A stretch of DNA of 64,000 nt from Balanoglossus misakiensis (taxonomy: Eukaryota; Animalia; Hemichordata). Below, piece after piece: positions 35,701 through 49,900 of the stretch. The number at the start of each line of letters is the position of its first letter. The stretch's first letter is position 1. The stretch is from assembly GCA_040954595.2 (NCBI GenBank), contig CM082578.2, forward strand, positions 15,484,998 through 15,548,997, in the 5' to 3' direction. The notes beneath the pieces are model-generated. The model was not told the DNA's origin. It searched no databases and was given only the letters and a program-made list of their open reading frames with translations. The translations under genes were made by a program, and so were the position numbers.

Positions 35701-36043
35701 CGGTTAAATAGGGAGGAATATATGTCGTCAATACCGGTGGAGTGTTAACCGACTCGGACCACTGAGGATACCCAAAAGTTGTCGCCGACATCGTCGAACG
35801 TTTAGATGACACCTGTGTCTTTCCTGGCTGGGGTTTTTCAGTTGGAGCATCGGATGTTGTGTCTTGGCCCCTGCTGCTGGTGTGGTATAGCTGTCCATCC
35901 TTTGATAACACCTGGCTCACGGTCTTCGGTGTTGTGATTGCCGGTCCGAAACGAGGCGTTTGATAGACAGTTTGTGTCCACACTGCTATCCTGTCCCCAT
36001 AAAGGAACAGAACCAAGCAGAGAAAACAGAAAACTGCTTTCAT
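32791..36043 (-). CDS. Family-B/adhesion-like 7TM GPCR with an N-terminal somatomedin-B domain (about 998 aa; exons 36043-35335, 35078-32791)
   Basis: Signal peptide MKAVFCFLCLVLFLYG; Ser/Thr-rich stalk; SMB motif CSCDPECLVRGDCCHDYEDKC; two Y.NI(Y/H)CAIC repeats. 7tm_2-type helices: GCILSILCLSITI, GKIILNLAIALFLAQLLF, CKTAAVVSHFVWLAAFCWM, YAWFLPFIFV, GYGEGPVCWI, MGLAWIVGF, FIVTNTLQGVFIF. Phase-1 intron g|gtaaga...tttcag|at. Confidence 0.88.
35263..35302. repeat. (TG)n + poly-G tract in the GPCR intron
   Basis: tgtgtgtgtgtgtggggggggg... Confidence 0.75.
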
Positions 36044-37279
36044 GCTTTAAACGTTTTGATAAACCTGAGAAGCAATAACAATAAAGTAGAATGTACTTGA
36101 AGAACATTTACAAGAGACATAGTTATCGATTCAGTGAAGGCTAAAGAAAGGCTACAAAGCAGTTCTTTGGGTCGTCACGGCCAAAAACATGTACATTTTC
36201 CAACTTGAAAAAAAGTGGTACAGGAACCACCTGTTCCATAGTTTTGAAGGTTAGGAATGACATGCGAGCGCAGAAGGCATTGATCCTGAGCTAATGCAGT
36301 TCAACTGTTAGGATTTCTATCAACTAGATGAACTACAACTTACCTGCTGCAATATGTGAATCACTTACGCTTGCGACGAGTCTTTACCACAGACTGACAA
36401 CTGAACAGTCGATATATACATGATATATCAATTTAACCACATGCGCACTTTGTAATCGAAACAAACCATGACAAAAGTGTCCACTTCATTATGATAATGC
36501 ATCACTATTACCTTTATTGGCAGCATTCTTGTCAACTTTTATGTTCGTGAGTGAAATAGTTCAGATGTTGTTTATGGAGGGCCATTTGATATCGGGAATA
36601 TCTTGATGGAAAGGATGGTCAGCAGACACCCATGGGAAAGAAATCCAGCCATGTTTAGCACGAAGCAAATACAGATGCCAGGCAGAGAGGCGAAGAAAAT
36701 ATCTAGCAACAACCATCTGCCCGATATTGTCTGTCAATTTTTTGGCACATCCTTTCGTCCCTCAAACAGTGTGACAACGATATTGGTATAAAACTATAAT
36801 TTATTGATACATAAATATTAACTGATCGTTTACATGATCTTTAGTGACGCAAATCTCCTGTTTTGATTCGTATCGTTTTATCAAATCCTTTCTCTTCAGA
36901 GGGTTTTCTCAGTTGTCCGGTTCCTGATTATACCAGTTTTGTCTTGTTCTCTGGTTTCATTTACTCGCGAAGGCAGTATTTATTTACTATCCTTCTATTA
37001 CACCTCCCTTGATATGGTCGGTGACATTTCCTGTTCCATTTGCAGGCAACTGTCAGAAGTCTTGAAAATGGGGAATTAGGCTAAGATTGCATTAACCATG
37101 TTAAGCACCAGTGACTGATAGACTTGCATCTTCACATGGAGGTTAGACAACTAAGCAAAGTAAGACTTAGGTGGACATTGCTTGCAAAGTGAAGTATGTG
37201 ACTTTAATACGAGTGTCCTAACTAAAAATTTGTCTGTAATGACAGGTTTTGTGGTATTTCAGTTTTATACATTTAGAAA

Positions 37280-40200
37280 TCAATCAGAAGGTACATCAAG
37301 AATTTCTCTCAAAAATACAGTTGCATATGATGATGGCTGAAGGATGAAGGAAAGTTTGATAGCAGCACTGCATCGCTCTTTATTTTTCTCAGCAAATTCC
37401 GTTTGATGTTTTGTCGGCATGTCTGTTCCCAACTTTTCATCACCGCCGTCTGCATGTTCGTCAACACCCTGCATGAGTTCCCAGCTCAGATTTTGGGGCC
37501 AGGCCACAAGTTTTCTGTAGTCTCCAGGAATGTTCAGTTTCAAACAGGGTACCCTGAACTGGTCCAATCTGATGCCGTCGGACTCAAGCAGCTGATGGTA
37601 TCTCTCACTCAAATGGTTTGTTGGCATGGTAACACTGTTGCCAGGTAACGGTAGTACAACATCCTGGATGGTATAAGTCTCTGCTAATATATCTTCCTCA
37701 GTGACGGCATGTATCTGTTCAAAAAGAATGAATTAGAGAAAAAATGGCTTCAATGACACTATTTTACCATTTGATATAAGATTGGCAGTTACTCTATTCG
37801 ATACTTCATCCTTACTTAATTAAATCTGGAATACTTGATCTCATTCATAAAATATTACCTCAAAATAATTTTCAGAAGAACACTGCACCTAAAATTTATA
37901 CCAAAATGATAAACACATAATATCAAGTTATAAATATCAAATTGTTATTTCAATGAATCTTTGGAGAAGTGACTGATATGAACAACTACCTTGGTTTTAC
38001 CATCTCCATCGTGAACCTCCACAAGGTCACCTTGAATCACCTGACATCCATTAGTCTTGACCCGATAGGTGGCCATGCGATTCCACACCAGACTGCAATA
38101 GCTGTGGACATACATAATTCTCATGGAGTGTGGGATAGCCATCAGGGCCTTTACGAAACCATCTTCATCTTGGCCATGTCTGTGTAGTGCCTTCAGGATC
38201 ATACACTCTCTGCTCTTAAACTTTGGCATCATCTGGAGAGATTGTTTAGCGTTGCGTGTTGTGTGCCAGTGTCGCTTGGCTGCGTTCACAGGGTCTTCAC
38301 CTTTGGCTGCCAGCAATATGAGGTCCACTGCATCTCTCTGAATGGAAAGAAACAAAGAAGTATTAAATAATATTGGTACATGTACATTGAAAATTTGAAG
38401 ATGAATAGCAAATGATAACATGTTCTGATTGATCTACCATAAAAAATAATCCAATTACCATGTTTCCTTTCAGCAAGGCCAGTCCTACCCTGTCTGCTGT
38501 CCCAGGACTCTCCAATGCTCCAAATCTTTGGTTTCCATAGTAATTCACAAATCCCCTTTCCTGGGTAAAGAATGATTCAAAACAACATGTCAAGGCATCG
38601 TGCCACTTTCTGTACCAACTCATGCAAACAGCAGCATGACTTCTGACATATTACTTAATATGTGTGTCACCATATGTGCTAATTGGCATATTTTATTTCT
38701 TGGTAATTGGACACATACTATAAAGTAGATGAAAACTTACTTTCAAACTTCAAACGAAATGGAAAAAAGTAGATGAAGTCAATACATGTCAAAAGTTGTA
38801 CATAAAAGTTATGAAGATTATGATGATGCTAACCTGTACATTTGTAACAGCTGTGGAGATTAATTCCTGGAGCTGTGTAGCACTGAGGTGTGATTGCGTA
38901 TGTATTTTCACATCTCTGGGGAATGACTGGCTATGCTTTCTGACATCTCTGATTATAATATCAAAGCGATTACCAGCCAGGTTACCAAGCTGAAGAGGTT
39001 CACTGCGCTGGTGTATATTTCCAATTGTGATATTTCTCAACATGCCTTGGATTTGCTGTAGTCTGTAAGCGGATATACAATTAGTGATATTTCAACTTCT
39101 TTGGAGGTGGTATGCAGGGCGCCCTCTTTCAGTCAGTAGTATGAATACTTTTTTTTCTTTCACAGTTTACATATTAGCTATATTAAATCAGTATTTCAGA
39201 ACTACAACTTCATTGCATAGCAAATCTCAGATTAATCTGATCAGCTGTTCATGAGATCTTGTGAACATCCCAGCTGGTTAAATACAACTTTTTTAGTACA
39301 ATCTCTCACCTTGATGGAGTCACACCTTTGATCACCATACCCTGTGTAGTAACAGCTTTCTTGTCCTTAGTTCCAGCATAACTGATACAAGATGCTTGAC
39401 TGTCTGTTGCCATGGCAATCTGTTGAATGGCATCCAAAGTCTCTATATCCTTCTTTTTGACCGTAAATGCTGAAATTACAAAATTATGGCAAGAACTAGT
39501 TTGCCCAGAGATGGCCAGTTAAATTGAAGGTTTCTCCACCCAGCCTAATTTTAAGTTTGCATATGTTCACTATATTGATTGCTGCAATCAGGATGATCAG
39601 GTATGACAATAATAATGGCATACAATTTGTATTTACCTGTATAGACTGTCAAATCTGCTTGCTCATCACCAGAAGCCTTCCTCTTCTTTGCTTTATGTTT
39701 AAATTTCTCCCGGAACCTCACAGAAATAGTAGTCTTTTCATTGGTTTGATTTCCACCTTTGAAGCTGCCAACAAATGTCTTACTTTCAACCATGGTACCA
39801 AAGTGCTTGGCAAGTAACCTATGAATGGCTGTTCTTTTCTCTTTTGATTCTCCAGCTGTCAGCTGTAAACAGGCATTGCAATCTTTGGTATCCACAAACA
39901 ACATCAGCTTATCTACCTCTTCTGCATCAAAAAGTGATCTGAATTCTTGATAAACTGGGTCAGGGGTCACTACAATTTCACTTCCAAGAGCTTGATCATG
40001 TCTTCGGTTGGTTGTTGTCTTCAAGTGTGGATAAAGTCTTTTCACACATTGGTGAATTTTGCATCTCAGCTCTTTTGACTCAAACACACCCAATGATAAG
40101 TGTTCTCCGTCCCAAGCAGGGTTGTCTTGGTAACAGTCACATTTATTGCCATGGTTGGTTTTGTGGTGTATAGAAAATGTTTCCAACATCATACAAGTGT

Positions 40201-40561
40201 TTTGATCAATATAGTCATTAATAGCAAACTGATGACCACTCAAATCTGGTATCTGCCAGATATCCGTACCTTTCATTCTTTGCATGGTTGCCGACTCATC
40301 CTTCCCCATTACTTTGACCAAATTCTTGTCACTTTCATCGCTCAATTTGACGCATTTTGCTGATTTATTGTCTGAAGCATCTTCGAGGCAGCTCGTAGAG
40401 TCCTCGAGACTGACAAGCCTTCCATTAACATCCAGTTCAGTGACGCAAAAGTCTTCACTAGTTTGCTTATATTTACCGATTGCTCTTTCATGATCAGAAA
40501 GATAACATTCAATCCCCAGATTTTGCAGGAGTGTATCTGGATGAACGGGCACTTCCTCCAT
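37280..40561 (-). CDS. PUS7L: Pseudouridylate synthase 7-like (TruD family)
   Basis: Exons 40561 (or upstream in-frame ATG 40669)-39637, 39469-39310, 39062-38834, 38560-38459, 38337-37990, 37714-37280. Motifs: GKYKQTSEDFCVTE, catalytic YAGTKDKKAVTTQ, LGNLAGNRFDIIIR, GFVNYYGNQRFG, YVHSYCSLVWN, IPGDYRKLV, LSFILQPSSYATVFLREI. The long N-terminal insert with two R3H-like segments (KELRCKIHQCV, KEKRTAIHRLL) favours PUS7L over PUS7. Confidence 0.88.
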
Positions 40562-40669
40562 CTTGAGATAGCAGACTGGTCGCGATTGAAGCAGTCGACT
40601 ACTTCCGGTATACTCCGAAAGCGAGGTTGGGCTAGCCCCGAACAAACTATACTTTTCAAGGGGCGACAT

Positions 40670-40904
40670 TCATTTAACTATTCACGATCCTAATATCACA
40701 TAGTTTCTCAGAAAACAATATTTTGGGCTTTGGTTTGGAAGTTATACATTTGAATTTCCAACAAAAATGAAGAATTTGTGTTTTTGTTAACGAAATTCAA
40801 CCTCTCCTGAAAGGCATAATTCAAACTCTCCCGAAACGTACACCCCTAACACCGGTTTTTGAATAGTTTCTTCCTAGCAACAAGTTTGTTACCAAAATGG
40901 CGGC
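40670..40904. promoter_or_regulatory. Putative bidirectional promoter PUS7L/CFAP54 with RFX X-box-like site (gtttcttcctagcaac 40866-40881) and YY1 motif (caaaatggcggc 40893-40904)
   Basis: Divergent start codons are only about 230-340 bp apart; motifs read directly from the sequence. Confidence 0.6.
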
Positions 40905-43900
40905 CGTGTTGCAGCATAAAGCTGCATTGTCGGTTAAACCGGCGGCGTCGACATTTTACAGTGACAAAAAGAATCCAGTGATAGCTGCATTCGAAGACGA
41001 ATGTAAGCTATTTATCCAGTTTACAAGAAAGAAAGTTTCTCCTGGGTACAAGAAGAAACATGACGAGGCTTGTTCGCGCGGGTATGTACACAACGATTTG
41101 CAACTTGACCTGGGCAACAGTCCTATGCTGGGTACAGCCTACACAACTTGAATGACATGTACATGTACTTTATGTACTAGTATGCAGTTACAAAAGAATT
41201 TTAGGATCAGTTAAGTAGGCTGACCACCTCGCTACCCTCATTTCTCAATCGGCCCTACCTAAATAATAATGGTATAGTCCCAGGGGATTAGGGACTGGTC
41301 AGTTTCATCAGCCGGGGGGGGGGGGGAGTAGATTCTATTTTGTGCATATCAAAAAGTGACTGACCACCCCTCCCTCATTGAACGTGGAAAAGTGGGTTCA
41401 ACCCCCTTCCCCCCATCACCAAATTCCAGGGTGCCCCCCCCCCCCAGGAATCCACTGCGCCCCCAGGCCGAAGAAACTGAACAGTCCCTTAGATTAAAAT
41501 ATTCATTTTTATGTTTTGTATAAATTTATCTTTTTCCATGTAATTTACACATACCTAAATTTACCAATGTGACATGAACTGATTTTATAGATAGATAAAA
41601 ATAATAAAATATTTTGATCTTCGCACGTCATGACATTTCAATGATTTATGAAAAACTGTTGATTTTACTTAACAGTCCTGATATGTTGTTTGGATTGTGG
41701 AACAAATATGAAGCCAGACTACCCAGAATGCTATACGTTACAAAGCTTATTGAAATGGGAGATTTCTTGGTGTCTGTCAAGGTAAGTCATTGTGAAAACA
41801 CTGTTTTTTGTTGATTTTGATAAAGGAGCTAATGATCCTGGTACTGTCAAATCGTGAAAAACATACATGTAGGACTATAGCATACTTACATAACATTTGC
41901 TGTAATGTAAAACAGGTATGATAGTATGACAATATGTAATATGAAATGACTTTAAAAGTGAAAGCAATTATTCTCTTAGTTTTTAAAAGTAAAAAAATAA
42001 CAATAACATCTTTTGAGTTGGCGTGAAGGTAAAAGCGCTTTGTAAAATTTGGAAGACACTTACAGATACTGTACATTGTCAGTTTCACCCTTCAATACAT
42101 AAATTGGTTTCTATAGCAATAAGCAGTATAATAGTATTGCTGTTTACTGTTGTCAAATTTTATCCTAAATTCAATGTTATTAAAATGATTAAGATTCGGA
42201 ACCGGTCAACCCTAGGTACCTGTATGTGTACCACTTTATTGCACACAGTGAAAACATTGAGGTAATGGTACATGTATATTTCCAAAATAATGCATGTGTG
42301 CTGGGGTAATTTTTATCCTACAGGAATACAATATGGCCTTGTGGCAGTGCTATGGTCGTTACTTGGACCAGTTTGGTGATCGACACATAGAAGATATAAC
42401 TGACATTGAAACAGTGAAAGAAATCTTCTTTCCTGGTGGAATGGAATCTGAAGATGCAAGCTTGACTGTAAGTGCCCATTAGGAATCATGTAGATCATAA
42501 ATAAAATTATCAGAACAAGTTATTTTGCCTCAAAACTGAACTTTGATGTCTGGTCACAGTATATAATTTCCACCAGATTAAAATAAGCCTGGTATTTCTA
42601 ACTTCTCCCAACTATTCTCTCTGACAGTTCCGTGCCCTGTATGGCAAAAGTATTTGCAACTACCAGGTGGTGTTGATGACTGATCCGAAACTACAGAACA
42701 CTCAGTCTGTAACCAGATGTATCAGTATTCTGTCATTTCTACGACTCATAACCCAGGTGGTCCTACCCAAGGAGCCTCTCTGTTGGTTGGTCTACAATGG
42801 TGAGTTAGACAAGCATGCAAGTAAACGGTGCATTTATGCTGGTCAAACTTGAATTGAGAAACCCAGAGGAGTACAAAATCCTAATGAATCTAGGCCTTTA
42901 TGGGACGGAAAGATTAGAAAATTGCAGTCTATATCAAAAGGTGCTACATGTACTATTAATTTGTGTTTTTCACCCCAGGTACAATCCACATCTACAGTGT
43001 CTCCAGACATTTGATGACCTTAGGTCACTCTGCAAGGGTAAGGCCAATTTTTCATTCCTACTGTGGTGAAAAGGGAATGTGATTTAGCAGTAAAATTCTT
43101 TTTATACTGAACTGTGTGTTGCCAGCATTTTCTTTGGTACATGTAAGAGCCTCCAAGAGAAAAGTGTACATGGATCTTCACAGTTGAACGTTACTTTGGC
43201 AAATTTTGCTTGAAGAGAAATTTGCTTCAAGTGTTGGATAATGACCAGCAGTTTGCAAAATTGGAGATGCACACAAGGTTGCAGGGATGGAGTTATGAAT
43301 TGATCATTTTGTTTTGTAATGACAGGTTTTGGAATATCTGCTATGGGGTTGCATGTGTATGGAGGCATCTGTGCCACTGATGGGAGTCAAGTATCTTCTG
43401 TGGAGAACAACCTTGTACACTGCTGTGTGTCAGTGTTACTATGACACCAAGGCTGCTCATCATGCAGAGGTGAGAGAGACACATACTTGCAGGTCACATT
43501 CTAACAACACACACAAGCATCAATATAAATGCAAATTCATATAACATGTGCACGATTTCTTTGTATATGTGATGAAGAAAATTTGGAAAATGATAAAAAT
43601 AGTATAGAATTTTTCCTTTTATGTTTTTGTTCAACGGTCACATTAAACAGTTGCTCAATTGTATTGTGTTTTTTGTCTGCAAGGAAATTCTTTGTCACTT
43701 CACAGCAAGAAATATCAGTGTTTAACCTTTTTTTTTCATCAACTACACAACAGATGTTTGCAAGGAGAGCTCTTGGCAAAATAAATGAACTAAGTCAGCT
43801 GGAGAAAATGAGTTCAGCACCAGCTAGTCTTGAACTTGAAGCTGTCTTCAGACAAGCAGCTGTCAAGGTATGTCACTCACATAATTTCTGTCAGTCTTGC

Positions 43901-46900
43901 TTTTTACATGTATAGGTATGTCCTCATAATAAAGATACCAGTAAGGTTGTCAACAGATTAAAATGATGAGGTGGTTTTTCACGTGTCATGTAAGCTAAAA
44001 CTAGGTATGGTAATTATGTGTTTCTTTGTAACTTTTTCAAAAGATTGGAGTGATGGTGTACAAGAGGGGAGTGTTTGAAACCAGGAAGAAACCCAAAGGC
44101 CTCTTGAGACCAAAGACAAGGAGTAATCTGAAAGATGCCCAATCTGTAAGTACAAAGTAGAGGTCAAACCCCCGCATGGCAATCTCGCGTCTGAATGGAC
44201 TACATGCATGCCATTCCATGCATATCATGTGTGACGATGTGCATGCATATGCATGTGCACATGCTTGCTTGCCACAGTATCGGCGCAACAAAGTCTTGAA
44301 CACACTGCGACCCCCCAAAAAAATATTTTCTCAAGAAACGCTTGGAATAAATATTCACATTATGTCTACAACATAATCACAATTATCACTCGCCACTTCC
44401 GCGAAGCTCACTGTCTTTTTTGCATGTTTCATTAAACTTTGCATTGACTGCTGTTATATTCAATCACCTACAACATTGATAATATCACATTTCATCGAAA
44501 ACCGCACTAACAGACTCTTGCTACATTTGCATGTTTTATTTCAGTCACACAAGACCAAAGTTTGACAATTTTCACACACACTCACTCTGCCACTGTGCAT
44601 TATCATACAATCACAATTGTTGCAGTCGCACGAATAACATGTACACTACAAACACACTAATTACATTTCTACACATGATTTTATATACCTCCACAAGTAC
44701 AACTCAGACATTAACACTTGATAACAAATTAATTGACAATAAAAAACATTGCACAAAACATATATCTACACCACATGCCAAACAACAGATAAGTCAGTCC
44801 ATTTTTATTACATATTGTATTAACATACTTATTACCTTATTCCAGTAAAGTAAGCTATTCTCTGATATCTATAATTATTACTAACTTTATATTTTTCCCA
44901 ATGTGCATACCTGGTAACGTATTTTCAGCTTGAACTTGAAAAGCAACTCGAAATAATTGTCTATTTTCAAATAATAAGCGAAGTGAGTCAACTGCTTCTA
45001 ATACCAACATTATTATCCACTGAACCTCGACCTATCCTGGACTGCTGGTATTTTCTGACAACTCATTGTTAACTTTGCACCTTTTTTTCCTCATTCTTGC
45101 ATGTGCATGACAATATCTGGGTGTCTTTTTTGCATTTTTTTCTTTCTGTTTTTTTTAAACCCCTGCGTAACCACATAGCCTGTTGATGGCCATGCTCCCA
45201 CAGTCATAATTGCGAGTGATGGCCGCCTAGTCTGGCGTAAGACTTCAAAACAGCGGCATGACGACATCGTCAAAAAGTTTGGGAATGTGAGTAAGGACGA
45301 CAAAAAAAAGTACATGGGGCCTGTGTATCATGTGTTTGTCTGTATTTGTGTCATTGCTTAGGTTTAAGGTGAACAAGAGAGATGTTAAGTGGCTACTGCA
45401 AAGATGCATTTTTTATGGCAAAGTATCGCTATTTTGCTTGTAAATAGCAAAGCTTTATACCTCAAAACATTAGTAACTTCATTTCATAGTTAGCTTCAGG
45501 CATCATACCTATCACCCCCAATCCCTTTAAAAGGAATAGACCAACATAAGAAAAGGCTAGGATTATTCCATTATTTAGGGAATTTAGGGGTGACAGGATT
45601 AGATTTGATTATAGTGCAGAAATAACAATGGACACATGTAAGTTGTAAGTACTTGCATGTGGTACTAACGGTCACATTTGCAGCACCTATAGAAGTCATC
45701 TTATATTCTCTCTTTTATCTGCAAGGCCCTTGCTCTCAAATAAACTCAACATGTGCATCTATTGTTTTTGTACACTCTGACGTCCATACAACCCTGATTG
45801 TTTGTTTGTGTTTTTATTTTCAATACTTTGAGTATTACTGTGCATTATCCTTCAAGACATTGTTTTACTTTGTTTTGTTTGTGTGCCCAACTCTGGTCCT
45901 AACTAGACTGGTGCTAGCCAAAGACTATAACTCAGAAAAGACTACAGTTAAAGAACCAGTACATTGTTAACCCTTTCACCCCCATACATGGGTATGTGAC
46001 TGACCATATCACAGAAATAAACAGGGTCAGACCATTTTATGGGGGTGTAAGGGTTGCATGTAAATTTTCTGAATCTTGTTCCACCCATTTGGAATGTCTG
46101 TTATGACATGGTTTCATAACCTTTATAAAAAATCTCATTCAAGCATTCGCTTCTCACATTTCCTATGTTACACCCATCTGATATTAGTAAAAAGTATATA
46201 AATTACATGTATAGGGCATTTTACATTTCATACACTATGGACATATTAAAACAAATATGGAACAAGAATCAGAAGAATTTCAAGTTTTTTTGGTAGTCCA
46301 ACCGGGTTTCAGTCTTTGATGTTGGAAGCTTGTATTGTGTTTGTGAATATCCATTTGTGATGAATTTTCCAGTTTTTACTGAGACTTTGATTTTTGAGGT
46401 TTTGATTGGAAAATACCATTCACTGAAATTGAATCTTACAAAAACAATAATCAGTGATACTACATTCACTCCACATAAATTCTTCTGTGGTGCATAAGAT
46501 TTTATATGGTGAATGCAGTCAAAGATAAGCATTCTAAAAAAAGACAAAGCGTCACCACACGACTTATTACTTATTGCAGCTTCCATGGCCTCGTACGCCT
46601 GCTGAGAAACTACTAGCTGACATGTTTGAAGGCAGTGCTGCACAGTTCCTGGCCATCTTGGAGACCATCTCAGACAGTACACGCCGCACACTGCTGACAG
46701 GTCCACCAGCTGCAGAATCGGATGATCATATCTTGGATGTGTTTTCTGAGTTATTCTTTGCTGGTGTGGAACTCATCTCAGGTATCTACTCAGAAATGTA
46801 TTGGTAGTAAATGTCAATGTTTCAGATCATCGTCTTGTTGTGTATAAGGAGAATTCGCTGAAAACAGAGGAATATCAGAAAACATTTTTCCATCGATGTG

Positions 46901-49900
46901 TGCTTTAATTCTTTCAGGTGGTGGCGGACATACACCCCGCAGTCCCCAGCAGTCATCTGAGGCCAGCTTGTTTGGAGTGGCCCAGGGGAGAACCCTGATA
47001 GACATGGCCACCAGAGGAGAAGATGGCATCTCGCTCAGCTCTGTGGTCAAGTTTGTCAAGTGGGCATATAACTATGAGCAGTGGGAGACATTTGATGCAC
47101 TGGTAGAGATTACCCTGGAACATATCAAGGTAGGCTACCCAAGGCATGAAAATTTATTGCTGAGGAAAACTTTTACCATAGCTGGCTTCAATGAGCTTGA
47201 CAACATTTTACATAAGTATTTAATACACAGTCAAACATGACTATGGTAGCAGTCAAGGGACTTTCCAAAACTGGTCTTTAAAGACAGGTGGCCTATATAG
47301 ACAGGTCAGTAAATGTACAACCTGTAGACTGCACAGGGACTGTAATACAGTGGGCACTGTAGAGAAGTTTTCACTACATAGATGTGACCACCAACACAGG
47401 TTTGACTGTAAGTTTTCAGGGCCAAAGATATTACATACAAGTGCGCAAACTGATGTGTGGATGACTGTTTGAGTTTGCTTAATACAGGAGCTTGATGACC
47501 AACGTTATGCTGGAGATCAGAAGACGTTAGAAATCCTGCTAGCCATGGAGCCTCTGAATCCAAACAGGAAGTTCAAGAAAGCAGTGTCACATGTTGAAGA
47601 AAGTAGTCAGAGTGATGGGGCCCTGCCACAACCCCCTACACAAGGTAAGACACAAGCCATAATCTGTATTACCACTACACCTAACACGTTTTGAATAAGT
47701 AATTTCTGGGATCATTAAATTGATTGGAAAATTAACTACCGGTACTCCAATCAGTTTTGGTCCGTAAGTATACAATGTAGATCCTGACTCAGATTCTCAG
47801 TGAGGTCTTGTGTTTCTTTCATCAGCATCTCAGAGATCTACAGCTGCTGTGGGTCACCATGATGATATGATCAATCTGGCTGAGTTGCTGTATTCCTGTA
47901 CCAGAGAGCCTGAAGGGGTGAGTACAAAGTCAAGAGAGACAGTGAATGAAGCTATAGACTGGGTAGAATATATACCTACAGTGGATGCAAGCATTCTGAG
48001 GTTGTGTATATTGACTGTAGTTTCTTGAGCACTCTAAATCAAAGTATCTTTGTTTTCTGATACAAGGTGCATGTTGACAAAGACATGGTGGTGGATGCTA
48101 CACTGTACTTGTGGAACAAGTGTAAAAACACGTTCCAGAAATTCCAGACTGGTGCATCTGATAGTGGCAAGTATCTTCAGAGGATGGAGAATCCCGGAAA
48201 GGTGAGATTGCCACACACACATTTAGTGTCACTGTGTCATGAAATGTTGTCTGTGAATGGAGGACGTGCTTTGATGTATAAATGTACATGTTGTAGTAAC
48301 AACATTATCAGATGTCTCATCCAGGCATCTGTTATAAATGTGACATTACAATTGGCACAATTTGATATGCGATAGCTTTTCCTAATATCCACTTCTGTTT
48401 CCCTTTCAGTGGGTACACATACTGAGTATTGTACATGAGGTGATGTACTGGTGTGGAATCTGTCTGGTGGATCCGGCCGTCACAGCTGAAGTTGCCCTCC
48501 GATTGGCCTTGGTCTTGGAAAACAATGTCAGTAGTGATTCATCTGAGAGAGCTCAGTCGGGTGAGTAAAGTAATGGATTTCAGTCACTAATATGACATAG
48601 ATACTCTTGTGAATGTCTGACATCTGTATGTTGCACATTGCAGTTCTAATTTGTACAGTTTACAAAAAATGAACAGGCAATAACTTCTGCATGTACCAGT
48701 ACTTGTGTCAGAACATTTATCCACAAAGGAGTTATACGTTTAACAATAGTACGTGAGGCATTTCCATTTCTTTATACATTTCATAACTATTTTGTGTTGA
48801 CCAGGTAAAGCCAAGAGTAAGAGTGGGACAACAGCACCAGTTGTAGACACAGGATCTGTGACAGGTCGAATGTCAGCTGATATAGATGAACAGTCTGTAT
48901 CCTCAGCTGTGGCAAAAGGTGAGATGTGTAATCACAATGGATTGGGTAGATCTCAACTTTCCATGGTAACTCTGGCACATGTGACTGTATACCTTTAGAA
49001 CTTTGCCCCTGAGTAAATGATCAATTAAAAGTGTGTTTTTTTCCTGTGTTTTCTTAGATTCCTCTGGTGGCAAATCCCCAACTAAAAGTATCAGCAGCGA
49101 TGTCGGGAAACCTCCAGCATCTGTCTACTCGTCATTCATACTGCAACAGAATGCCAAAGATCAGTTGATGTTGGCCAGGGACATCTTGGACAGGGCATTG
49201 CAAGGCATCTCTGACGCAAGGCAGGCCGTGGCACTCACTGATGGGAAATCTATCGCAGATGTGGGCTGGGTCAAGGTGAGTCAGACTTACGCTGAACAGA
49301 GAAGCCTAGTCAGTGATTCAGAACCTGTTTGTATTGCCAATTTTGCTGTAACTTGCATGCAGAATACATGTACCATATATGTACATATATACTAGTACCC
49401 AAAATGACAGTAATATGATTTTTATGAGTTTCCATTTCATTCCATGCAGGAACTCAATCCGGATGACTTCTGTCTAGATTCTGAGGAGAAAGACACATCC
49501 ACAGAGAAACCTTTGGAGAGTGCTGATGCCGTCCGTAATCTCATCATGGATCTTCACATGGAGTTGATGTTCATGTATCATCGCGTATGTTTGAAATTGT
49601 TAGCTATGAAGCCTGAAGTTGAGAAGAGTAAGAAATCGAAAACTGGCAAAGAGGTTTGTGTGTCTCTTTCTTCTCCTTCTTCAGATGTCTTTATGAAGTA
49701 AGATCTGTTGTCATGTGTCATTACTTATTCCTGAACAGTGCATATTGAATCTCATGCAAGCACAGTCTTAACAATGACCTGTCTGTATCTTGATTCACAT
49801 CTACAGGCTGCAGGAGACCCCAGCACTTACATCGAGAGTATTGAGGAGTTGGCCAACCAGTGCAACAAGAATCTGTTGTACAAATCGCTGTTCTATTGCC

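Noticed and set aside
44158-45325. Possible 1.1-kb transposon insertion in a CFAP54 intron
   Set aside because: Composition shifts, but only a weak terminal match (cccccgcatg/catggggcc), no TSD and no coding remnant; boundaries cannot be supported.
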